A DNA stretch of 64,000 nucleotides from a virus, in IMG/VR virus record IMGVR_UViG_3300042988_000510, positions 26,101 through 90,100 of that record; one strand, 5' to 3'. This document shows, in pieces, positions 18,238 through 26,132 of this stretch. The position numbers and the translations under genes were made by a program. Every line of letters begins with the position of its first letter. Position 1 is the first letter of the stretch. The notes under the pieces are model-generated. The model was not told the DNA's origin, searched no databases, and worked only from the letters and a program-made list of their open reading frames with translations.

Positions 18238-18944
18238 TGGGAATCTTCGATTGGTTTCGGCGCAAGGGCCATATTGCTGACGGCAGCAAAATGGTTCAAC
18301 CACTACCCGCGCAGCCGCTGATTGAAAAGCCTGCGGCTCCGGTTGCGCCTGTAGTCAAAGTCCCCAACCCCATAAGCCCAAAAGCCCCGACGCTGATCAC
18401 GCTGGATCAACTCCGGCGCGGCATGGGCATCAGCCGGGAGCGGGCCGACTATTGGGATGACTGGCTGAATGAAGCCATGAGCCTCTACGGCATCAACACG
18501 CCGAAGCGCATTGCCGCATTTTTGGCGCAAGTCGGGCATGAGTCGACGCGGCTCAAAGATACCAGCGAAATCTGGGGGCCAACACGCGCACAGCGGCGCT
18601 ACGAGGGCCGGCGCGACCTCGGCAACATCTACAAGGGAGACGGCTCCCGCTTTCGCGGCCATGGCCTTATCCAGACCACTGGCCGTTTTAACCACCGCAG
18701 GGTCACGCAAAGACTCCGGGCGCGATTCCCGAACTTGGGCGTTCCCGACTTCGAGGCCGAACCAAACAAACTGACCCTGCCGCGATGGGCGGCGCTGAGT
18801 GCGGCTGACTACTGGGACATGAAAAACCTCAACCCAAAAGCCGACGCGGGGCAGCTCAAGGCGATCACCAAGGCGATCAATGGCGGATATAACGGGTTGG
18901 CAGACCGGCTGAAGCTATGGGACCAGTTCAAGCAAGTCCTATGA
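18234..18944 (+). CDS. Endolysin, glycoside hydrolase family 19
   Basis: AAFLAQVGHES, FRGHGLIQTTGRFN and ITKAINGGYNGLADR motifs. Confidence 0.93.
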   Translation: MMGIFDWFRRKGHIADGSKMVQPLPAQPLIEKPAAPVAPVVKVPNPISPKAPTLITLDQLRRGMGISRERADYWDDWLNEAMSLYGINTPKRIAAFLAQVGHESTRLKDTSEIWGPTRAQRRYEGRRDLGNIYKGDGSRFRGHGLIQTTGRFNHRRVTQRLRARFPNLGVPDFEAEPNKLTLPRWAALSAADYWDMKNLNPKADAGQLKAITKAINGGYNGLADRLKLWDQFKQVL

Positions 18945-19387
18945 CGCTATCAATCCGCCCATGCACTCTCAAACAGGCCAATGACTTTGTGCGTGAGATG
19001 CACCGGCACCATAAGCCGACCGTTGGACACAAGTTCAGCATTGCGCTGTATGACGATGAACGGATGGTGGGCGTGGTGATTGTCGGTAGGCCAGTTGCGC
19101 GTCGCTTTGACGATGGGCTGACAGCCGAAGTTAATCGATGCTGCACAGACGGCACCGCTAACGCCTGTTCGATGCTGTATGGCGCTGCCCGTCGGGCGGC
19201 AGCCGCCATGGGCTACAAGCGACTGATTACCTACACCCTACCAGATGAAGGCGGTGCGTCATTGCGCGGCGCTGGCTGGCGTCATGTCGGGCTTGCTGGC
19301 GGCGGCAACTGGAACGTGCCATCCAGGCCAAGGCAGGACACGATTGAAACGCTGTCAGTCAAAAAATGGCTGTGGGAAGCAGCATGA
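18941..19387 (+). CDS. XF1762-like (GNAT-fold) protein
   Basis: HRHHKP, GRPVAR, EVNRCCTDG, NACSMLYG and ITYTL..EGGASL motifs. Confidence 0.75.
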   Translation: MTLSIRPCTLKQANDFVREMHRHHKPTVGHKFSIALYDDERMVGVVIVGRPVARRFDDGLTAEVNRCCTDGTANACSMLYGAARRAAAAMGYKRLITYTLPDEGGASLRGAGWRHVGLAGGGNWNVPSRPRQDTIETLSVKKWLWEAA

Positions 19388-19557
19388 CCACGCCACCCCT
19401 AACCGGCTGTCACGGCATCCTCTGGCACCAAGATACGGTTTGGAAGCGATGCCCGAAAGCGGATGAGTGCAAGCGATACCGAGACCGATATGGCAGTAGC
19501 CCGGTGAGCCGCATGTGCCAAACCGTCGAATTTGAGCATTTTGTGAGGGCGAAATGA
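19384..19557 (+). CDS. Small Cys-rich protein
   Basis: C..CPKADECKRY; similar pattern to 58882-59070. Confidence 0.55.
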   Translation: MTTPPLTGCHGILWHQDTVWKRCPKADECKRYRDRYGSSPVSRMCQTVEFEHFVRAK

Positions 19558-19723
19558 ACTGGCGATGGCCAGCTAAGCCGGGAAATGGATTGGTGCCTTG
19601 GTATGTTTTCATGCGTCGCGTGGCATGCCTTCCCGGGTTTCATCTTGCCTGTGCTGTCGCCTGGTTGTTTATTTTTCTGGGGTATGGCTACCGTGACGCT
19701 AAGCGATGGTGGAGAGATTCCGC

Positions 19724-19888
19724 ATGAACCACAAGCGCGGCAAGCCGAAAAACGCGCGGGCGGGCTGCCTGATGTGCAAGCCAAACAAGATGAACGGCTG
19801 GCCGGATAACAGGCTAGGGCATGCCGGGTTTGGCAAATTGCGCCGGGCTGTTCATGCTGCAAGCGACATGAGGGTGTGCCATGACTGA
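19724..19888 (+). CDS. Small basic protein with CxxC
   Basis: MNHKRGKPKNARAGCLMCKP; RBS GGAGAG. Confidence 0.6.
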   Translation: MNHKRGKPKNARAGCLMCKPNKMNGWPDNRLGHAGFGKLRRAVHAASDMRVCHD

Positions 19889-20078
19889 ACGCTGCCTGGC
19901 CTGTGGCTCCAGCCAACTGACCGATCACGTTGAGCAGCGGCCGTCTGTTTGGGAGGGCCGCACGGGCACTGTTCCGCTGCGATTCTCGACATGCAATGCC
20001 TGCGGTTGCCAGCTGGTCAACGCGCAGCAGGCTAGTGCCAACAGAAGTGAGATTCTGAAGTTCAGGGAGGAGAAGTAG
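19881..20078 (+). CDS. Stand-alone MqsA/YgiT-type zinc-finger protein
   Basis: CLACG...CNACG...VNAQQASAN pattern; no HTH. Confidence 0.7.
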   Translation: MTERCLACGSSQLTDHVEQRPSVWEGRTGTVPLRFSTCNACGCQLVNAQQASANRSEILKFREEK

Positions 20079-20083
20079 GTGCT

Positions 20084-20284
20084 GTGATTGCCACGGTTGA
20101 ATACCTGAAGCGCAGAGGCACTACCGCCAGGGGCGTCGTCATCGAGAGAACCGACACGACGGCCTACACCTGGGACCCCTTCAGCACCGCTGACACAGAC
20201 TACCGGCCCGTCTCCCGTTATGTCGACAACGGCAACCGCCATGAGCGGCGGAAGAAGGCAGCCTTGCTGCGGAGGAAATCATGA
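20084..20284 (+). CDS. Hypothetical protein
   Basis: ORF within the operon; GNRHERRK tail. Confidence 0.55.
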   Translation: MIATVEYLKRRGTTARGVVIERTDTTAYTWDPFSTADTDYRPVSRYVDNGNRHERRKKAALLRRKS

Positions 20285-20427
20285 GCGGCTCCATCGACAT
20301 CCTCATCCTGGTCCTGACCGGGATCATCATCTTGGATGAACTGGTGAAGCGCCGGCCTATGTCCCTCATCTATGTGCCGGTGCTGGTGTGGTTGGTGACG
20401 GGGATAATCGCGGAGAGGTGGGTATGA
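20281..20427 (+). CDS. 48-aa two-TM membrane protein (not in ORF track)
   Basis: Manual translation MSGSIDILILVLTGIIIL...; RBS GGAGG; ATGA overlaps. Confidence 0.65.
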   Translation: MSGSIDILILVLTGIIILDELVKRRPMSLIYVPVLVWLVTGIIAERWV

Positions 20428-20567
20428 AGGCTCCAGACGACCTTGAGTTCATCGTCCTGTTGGTCGCGCTGGCTATAGCCGTGACCATCTTGCGCGGCCA
20501 GATGCCTGGCCCACTGGATCGGGACAGGCTGAATCAACTGCAGATCGATGGGAGTTATGCGAGGTGA
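20424..20567 (+). CDS. 47-aa single-TM protein (not in ORF track)
   Basis: Manual translation MKAPDDLEFIVLLVALAIAVTILRG... Confidence 0.6.
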   Translation: MKAPDDLEFIVLLVALAIAVTILRGQMPGPLDRDRLNQLQIDGSYAR

Positions 20568-20568
20568 C

Positions 20569-20835
20569 ATGAAGTACGGATTCGTTCTTCTTCTGTTGGC
20601 TGGCTGCACTCCGGCCGTTCAGGTCAATCACGAAGTTCCGCAGTTGGACGCGCTCAGTCAGGGTGTCAAGAGGCTGGTGGTCGAGAACTGCAAGCCAAAA
20701 CCTCGGCCGACGCTGGCCATGCCCGCCATTCCGCAAGATGTCGTCATCGACATTCACGGCGACAAGATCGTCGTCAATGAGGGCGGGAGGATCGTGTTGG
20801 AGAATTTCGTCAAGGCGCGTGAGCTTTTGAAATGA
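20569..20835 (+). CDS. Lipoprotein, candidate o-spanin
   Basis: MKYGFVLLLLAGC lipobox; Pro-rich; RBS GAGGT. Confidence 0.65.
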   Translation: MKYGFVLLLLAGCTPAVQVNHEVPQLDALSQGVKRLVVENCKPKPRPTLAMPAIPQDVVIDIHGDKIVVNEGGRIVLENFVKARELLK

Positions 20836-20844
20836 GTTTGAACC

Positions 20845-21072
20845 ATGTTCTCAGTTAGGCAGAAGAGGGAAATAGCGGATGCCGTTCAGAGGGTTCTGCG
20901 CGAGACAGGCCATCCAGAACTACCCGAAGGCGAGATTCAATTCAGCCTTCACGTAGACGGCGCGGAATCTTGGAGTTGGGCCGACATCCGAAACAACGGG
21001 GCCATCGCCGCGCCAGGAGTCAATCCCTGGAGTGAACCGCAGGATCAGGCAAGGGAGTTGCTCAAGCCATGA
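20845..21072 (+). CDS. Hypothetical protein
   Basis: 75-aa ORF. Confidence 0.7.
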   Translation: MFSVRQKREIADAVQRVLRETGHPELPEGEIQFSLHVDGAESWSWADIRNNGAIAAPGVNPWSEPQDQARELLKP

Positions 21073-21164
21073 TTGCCGTCAGTCTGGCCGCATCGATGCT
21101 TTACGGGGTGTTCATGCTTGTCATGATCGTGGCCATCCTTTCGCGTGGGAGGGAGGACGATTGA
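21069..21164 (+). CDS. 31-aa single-TM peptide (not in ORF track)
   Basis: MIAVSLAASMLYGVFMLVMIVAILSRGREDD; ATGA overlap. Confidence 0.45.
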   Translation: MIAVSLAASMLYGVFMLVMIVAILSRGREDD

Positions 21165-21342
21165 ACGTGTTCTGGTTGTTGTTTTGGTTGTTGCCATGAC
21201 CGGTTGTCAACCGATTCGCTCATGGTCCCGTCAGTGCGAGCTTAGGCCGCGCATGGAGGGCGAGGTCATGCTCAACAACACCGAGAGCACTGAAGAGGCT
21301 GGAATGCAGAAGTTCCGAATGTACCTGACGTGCCCGATTTAA
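21145..21342 (+). CDS. Putative lipoprotein
   Basis: RVLVVVLVVAMTGC lipobox-like; start uncertain. Confidence 0.55.
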   Translation: MGGRTIERVLVVVLVVAMTGCQPIRSWSRQCELRPRMEGEVMLNNTESTEEAGMQKFRMYLTCPI

Positions 21343-21356
21343 CCACTGACTGTGCA

Positions 21357-21632
21357 ATGGCTGACATGAGTGACTGGGACGGAAAAGAGCGCCGAGAACT
21401 ACCTCACAGGTATGAGGTGCTGGAGGTCTTACGTGATGAGATGGACGCTCGGGATGCTCGGCTAATTTCCCGGCTAGACAAGATCGCCGATAACCAATTT
21501 GAAATGAAAAGCAAAATCCAATCATGGGAAACAGGTGCCGCGATTGTCCGCTGGCTGGCCATCTCAACCGTCGCTGCTGTCTCTGGCGGTATGGCCCTGT
21601 ACGAAAAATTCCGGACCCACTGGCAGCCATGA
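21357..21632 (+). CDS. Coiled-coil protein with C-terminal TM (holin-like)
   Basis: WDGKERR N-terminus, C-terminal hydrophobic helix. Confidence 0.65.
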   Translation: MADMSDWDGKERRELPHRYEVLEVLRDEMDARDARLISRLDKIADNQFEMKSKIQSWETGAAIVRWLAISTVAAVSGGMALYEKFRTHWQP

Positions 21633-21784
21633 GCTTCAGCGTCAAGTTTTCTCTGGGTGTCCTTGGCATCATGATGGGTGTCATGACTGTTTTTGCGGCT
21701 GACATGCTGATGAATAACGGGCGGATGATTGCTCATTCCCTCCATGCCCGAACGCCGGAGTGCTCTGGATCATGTCATGGCTGA
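21629..21784 (+). CDS. Small membrane protein
   Basis: MSFSVKFSLGVLGIMMGVMTVFAA; ATGA overlap. Confidence 0.5.
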   Translation: MSFSVKFSLGVLGIMMGVMTVFAADMLMNNGRMIAHSLHARTPECSGSCHG

Positions 21785-21789
21785 GAAAC

Positions 21790-21936
21790 ATGACGCTGCG
21801 CGAGCCTCTCCCGGGCTGGCATTGTCGCGTCTGTAAGCAACCAATCGACTCCGCGCAACTGCGGGTTGATCCTGGTGCCCAGCTTTGCTGGCATTGCCAG
21901 TGGCAGCTAAAGGACGCAGTCGAAGGCCGGCGCTGA
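21790..21936 (+). CDS. 48-aa TraR/DksA-type C4 zinc-finger protein (not in ORF track)
   Basis: Manual translation MTLREPLPGWHCRVCKQPIDSAQLRVDPGAQLCWHCQWQLKDAVEGRR. Confidence 0.7.
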   Translation: MTLREPLPGWHCRVCKQPIDSAQLRVDPGAQLCWHCQWQLKDAVEGRR

Positions 21937-21938
21937 TG

Positions 21939-21960
21939 TCGTGACGGCAGACTGATGGCG
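21939..21960 (+). promoter_or_regulatory. Late-promoter motif (TCGTGAC-GGC-AGACTG)
   Basis: Upstream of the fibre/spike gene block. Confidence 0.7.
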
Positions 21961-21982
21961 TCACCTCTCTGGAGCATGCCTG

Positions 21983-23308
21983 ATGTCCCGCACCGATAAC
22001 GAAGGCCGCGCCTATGTCGCCACCGATCCTGATGTACCGCTCAATGTCGAACTAGAGAACGAGGTCGGCGGCCCGCTGGATGTCAGTGTTGTTGGCGGGA
22101 TGAATCTGGGGTCCGTGTCGATTGACTCGCTGCCTCACGCTAACATGGGAGCGTTTGGTGATCTGGAAACGATGGCGCTGACTCCGGTCCTGCAGTTGTC
22201 GTTCGCTACCGGACTCCGCGACCAGCTGATCACGTCAGCGACTGCCAATAGCGGCACTGTGGACAGCGACACGGGCCGGCTGCGGCTGCAGACGGGTACT
22301 AACGCGGCGGGCTCCGCGATTGCCTCCAGCGTCCGTCCTGTGGCCTATCGGCCAGGGCAGGGTGTCACCGCCCGATTCACCCCCATCTGGACCACGGCGG
22401 CTGCAAGTTCCCGGCAAATCGCCGGCATGGGTACGCCGACTGACGGCTATTTTGTCGGCTACAACGGCGTCGATTTCGGCATCTGCCACCGCCTAGCTGG
22501 CGTCGATGCTTGGGTGACTCAGGCCAACTGGAACGGCGACAAGTGCAACGGCTCTGGCGCATCTGGCCTGACCTTGGACCATACCAAGGGCAACGTCTGG
22601 CAAATCAAATATCCGTATCTGGGTCACGGGAACATCCGCGTTTACGTGCTCGACCCGACCACGTCGTTGTGGATTCTGGCTCACACCATCCGCTACGCCA
22701 ATGCCAGTGCTCTGCCGCAGTTGACCAACCCGATGCTGAGTTTCCGGGCTGAGGCGGTCAACACGGGGAACACCTCGAACCTCATTAGTTATGTCACTTG
22801 CGCTGCCGCTTTCATCGATGGCGTGCGCGAGTACCTGGGGCCGGCGTTTGGCTGGGATTCGGGTAAGTCATCGATCACAGCCGAAACCAACCTGCTGTCG
22901 ATTCGCAACGCGACCACAGTCAATGGCGTGCCGAATCGCGGCTTGATCCGGCTACGGCAGATCAGCTACTCGTCGGACGCCAACTCTGGCTATGCCACGA
23001 TCCGCATCCGGCGCGGCGCGACTGTAGGTGGAACCCCATCATTTGCTGCGGTGTCCGGCACGATTGCGGGCGGCGGCGCCACCCTGACCAACGCCCAATC
23101 CACCGCCAGTGTCGACACGGCTGGCACTACAGCCACAGGGGGAACAGTCCAATGGAACGCGGTCTGCTTCAATGACTCGGCTGGCGTCATCGACCTGACG
23201 CCGTTCAACATCTTTATCAGCCCCGGCGAGACGATCACCATCTCCGGTGCGGCCACGAATTCCAGCACGCAGGCTGTTGCGGTCAACTGGAACGAGGACG
23301 TGCAGTGA
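21983..23308 (+). CDS. Virion structural protein (beta-rich)
   Basis: AFGDL, YRPGQG and YLGHGNIR motifs; G/T/S/N-rich. Confidence 0.7.
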   Translation: MSRTDNEGRAYVATDPDVPLNVELENEVGGPLDVSVVGGMNLGSVSIDSLPHANMGAFGDLETMALTPVLQLSFATGLRDQLITSATANSGTVDSDTGRLRLQTGTNAAGSAIASSVRPVAYRPGQGVTARFTPIWTTAAASSRQIAGMGTPTDGYFVGYNGVDFGICHRLAGVDAWVTQANWNGDKCNGSGASGLTLDHTKGNVWQIKYPYLGHGNIRVYVLDPTTSLWILAHTIRYANASALPQLTNPMLSFRAEAVNTGNTSNLISYVTCAAAFIDGVREYLGPAFGWDSGKSSITAETNLLSIRNATTVNGVPNRGLIRLRQISYSSDANSGYATIRIRRGATVGGTPSFAAVSGTIAGGGATLTNAQSTASVDTAGTTATGGTVQWNAVCFNDSAGVIDLTPFNIFISPGETITISGAATNSSTQAVAVNWNEDVQ

Positions 23309-24300
23309 CAAACTGCACAGCAACAGTTGGCGTCTACGCCAAGGGGCCAAAGGGAGACGTAGGCCCTATCGGTGATGTCACGCCGGAAGCCGAGGCGGCG
23401 CGTGACGCGGCCATCTTCGCGCAAACCGCTGCGGCCACATCGCTCATCGAGGCGCAAAAAGCCGCTATTGTGGCGCTCAATTACGAAGAGATCGTACTTG
23501 ACTCGGCCTCGGTAGCGTCGGCGAGCGCCGCAAGCGCCACTACTGCCGCAAGTACGGTTCTGGGCCAGATATCACTCGCCACCACCAGTGCGCAAGAGGC
23601 GGCCGCATCAGAATCGGTGGCCACGGCTGCGGCATCCACCGCGCTATCTCATCGCAATACCGCAGGTGCCAGCGCCGATTCTGCCGGTGCCTCTGCCTTG
23701 GCGGCTCAGACTAGTGCCTCCAGCGCCCAGTCAAGCGCCTCCAGTGCCCAGTCAAGCTCACAAACTGCGTCCACCAAGGCCGGTGAGGCGGCTGAATCCG
23801 CCACCACAGCCCTGACGGGCACAACCACCGCGCTGCTTGAAGCCCAGTCGTCTGCACTGCTGGCAAGCAACGCCAAGGACACCTCGGTATCGGCCAAGGA
23901 CGTGTCCGTGTCTCAGTCAGAGCTTGCCGTCGCAGCTGCGGCTACGGCAGTCGCCAAGGCTGACGAGGCATCACAGAGTGCCGCCTTAGCTGCCCAGGCC
24001 GACGCTGTTTGGCAAAACATTGAAGCCCAGGTAACCACACCGTTGGTGCAAGTGGCGACCAACCTAATTACCACGCAAGCCATCGTGGCCCAGGCGATTG
24101 CCGAACCGGTCGACACCGTTTTTGACCTTCGCCATGATTTTGACGCGCCGTACTCCTACTGCGGCAAAGCGGCAGACGGTTCGCTTGACTCTGCCGAGGT
24201 CTGGACTATCACCCGTATCGAACTCGCCACCGATGGCACGACTACCGTTACCCATGCCTACGGGGCGTGGACCGACCGATTAACCGCCACCTACACATAG
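23305..24300 (+). CDS. Ala/Ser-rich fibre-like protein
   Basis: GPKGDVGPIGD collagen-like start, long SAA heptads, C-terminal WTITRI..AWTDR domain. Confidence 0.75.
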   Translation: MTNCTATVGVYAKGPKGDVGPIGDVTPEAEAARDAAIFAQTAAATSLIEAQKAAIVALNYEEIVLDSASVASASAASATTAASTVLGQISLATTSAQEAAASESVATAAASTALSHRNTAGASADSAGASALAAQTSASSAQSSASSAQSSSQTASTKAGEAAESATTALTGTTTALLEAQSSALLASNAKDTSVSAKDVSVSQSELAVAAAATAVAKADEASQSAALAAQADAVWQNIEAQVTTPLVQVATNLITTQAIVAQAIAEPVDTVFDLRHDFDAPYSYCGKAADGSLDSAEVWTITRIELATDGTTTVTHAYGAWTDRLTATYT

Positions 24301-24302
24301 CC

Positions 24303-24788
24303 ATGCCTGTACTCACTCAAGCCCCACAATCCGTTCTTGACCCAGCCACCGCCTATGAGCGGCTCGCCTTTCGTTTTTCGCTGACTGCCACCCTTACCGA
24401 TGGTGAAGTCACTGATGGCAATCTGAGCATTCACGCCACTAAATACCGAAAGGTCGATGGCCAAGTCGATGTGCATGGTGTTCAGCAGCAGGCCGAGAAA
24501 GGGGCTAGCCTGAACTGGGGGCAGAATTCTGACGATGATGCCTTGATGCGGGAGATGGCCGAGACTGTGGCGGTATTTGCCAACAAGACCCAAGGAAATC
24601 TGACGCTGAATGTCGCATGGCGCGAACAGGCCGGCGATATTGTTGGCATGGTGCATGCTGCGATAGGCGATTGGACGTATGCCACCGGCAACAGCAACGA
24701 CGCCGAAGCATCTGACCCAGCCTTTGCCGAGGCATTTCAGGGTGTGCTGACATCGCTCGCCATCTGGTGCGCTAACCGGGGCTGGTAA
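24303..24788 (+). CDS. Hypothetical protein
   Basis: ATG 3 nt after the upstream stop; TAATG coupling downstream. Confidence 0.7.
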   Translation: MPVLTQAPQSVLDPATAYERLAFRFSLTATLTDGEVTDGNLSIHATKYRKVDGQVDVHGVQQQAEKGASLNWGQNSDDDALMREMAETVAVFANKTQGNLTLNVAWREQAGDIVGMVHAAIGDWTYATGNSNDAEASDPAFAEAFQGVLTSLAIWCANRGW

Positions 24789-26071
24789 TGGCTGTTTATT
24801 ACGCACAGAACGGCAGCGTCAATATCAATTCCGCGAACCAGTGGAACACTGCGGCCAATGGCTCAGGATCATTCCTGACGTGGCCACCGGCGTCGAATGA
24901 TGTGCTGATGGCGAATGGCAAAACGTCTATAACGATCAACGTCAACACGACTGTTTCTCAGATCCGCAATGATGCGGCGAACGGGGCAGCGGCAGGTGGA
25001 ACATTTCTGCTCGCAGACGGCATCACTACAACGGCAAACGGCCACGCTGGTACCGCCAATTTATTTACATTTTCGGGCGCTGGCGGGACCAATACCTACA
25101 TTATAGGTACAGTATATGGTGGATCATCTTCTGGCATAAACGGTCTTCGCCATACCGGAGTTGGCACTATCCATGTCACTGGCGGTGTAACGGGTGGCAC
25201 CGCCTCTGATACCTATGGATACTATTCGACTGTCGCTGGAACGCTCAACGTCACGGGTCCGGTAAGTTGTGGAACAGCCTCAACCGCTGTCGGTATTCTT
25301 GCCGCTGGTGGAGGGGTTTTATCCGTTACGGGCAATGTTGCTGCTGGACCATATACGGCTGGAAACGGCATAAACATACTGACCGCAACTATTCAAGCAA
25401 CCATCACTGGCGATTGCACAGCATCAACAACGGTTCCGGCTATCAGTTGTGCGGCGCTATCATCTACAGTCAAAATAAACGGATCGCTGATAAGTGCCTC
25501 AAACGGCATCTTCCCAGTAGCCGGGCCATTTTTGTTGAATAGCGGATCGACGAATACCGTACGCGTTCGTGATTATGCGTCTGCTGAACAAACATATCTT
25601 CCAGTTGCTTACGCCACGACTTACGGCATGCCAGCAACTACGGATGTCAGGTACAACACCACCTATAACCTCGGCACTCTGACCGGCACACTGCGAGTCC
25701 CGTCTGCGTCTAGCGTCGTATCCGGCGTTCTTGTGGATAACACCACCGGCACCGCTAATTTACTGACAGCGGCGGATGTCCGCGCTGCGCTCGGCCTTGC
25801 ATCCGCGAATCTCGACACGCAACTGGACGCAATACCGACAGCGGCGGAAATCTGGGGCTATACCACTCGCGAACTAACAACTAGCGCGGGCGGGGCCACG
25901 GCTCAGGACGTGTGGGAGTACGCGACTCGCTCACTCACAGAAGCGCCTGACGTGCCAACCGTGGAAGAAATAGCGGCAGAAGTGCGAACCGAACTGACAC
26001 CAGAACTCTCCCGTGTGGCGAATTGCGCCACCGTCGAATCAACGGGCGACCAACTGGCGGGGCTGTTGTAA
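24788..26071 (+). CDS. Putative beta-helical receptor-binding/structural protein
   Basis: Repeats of xxTGxVxGG; C-terminal A.E[IV]W.Y.TR.LT duplicated motif; lower GC. Confidence 0.7.
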   Translation: MAVYYAQNGSVNINSANQWNTAANGSGSFLTWPPASNDVLMANGKTSITINVNTTVSQIRNDAANGAAAGGTFLLADGITTTANGHAGTANLFTFSGAGGTNTYIIGTVYGGSSSGINGLRHTGVGTIHVTGGVTGGTASDTYGYYSTVAGTLNVTGPVSCGTASTAVGILAAGGGVLSVTGNVAAGPYTAGNGINILTATIQATITGDCTASTTVPAISCAALSSTVKINGSLISASNGIFPVAGPFLLNSGSTNTVRVRDYASAEQTYLPVAYATTYGMPATTDVRYNTTYNLGTLTGTLRVPSASSVVSGVLVDNTTGTANLLTAADVRAALGLASANLDTQLDAIPTAAEIWGYTTRELTTSAGGATAQDVWEYATRSLTEAPDVPTVEEIAAEVRTELTPELSRVANCATVESTGDQLAGLL

Positions 26072-26132
26072 GCATGACGCATCACCGCATCGTTAGCCCT
26101 TATTGCCAATCACTTTTCTCCGTGAGGAATCC

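Noticed and set aside
23700-23770. Tandem GCCTCCAG[C/T]GCCCAGTCAAGC repeat
   Set aside because: Explained by the ASSAQSS peptide repeat in the Ala/Ser-rich fibre protein
26071-26100. GCATGAC as a late promoter for the large spike gene
   Set aside because: Two mismatches and no correctly spaced AnnnT
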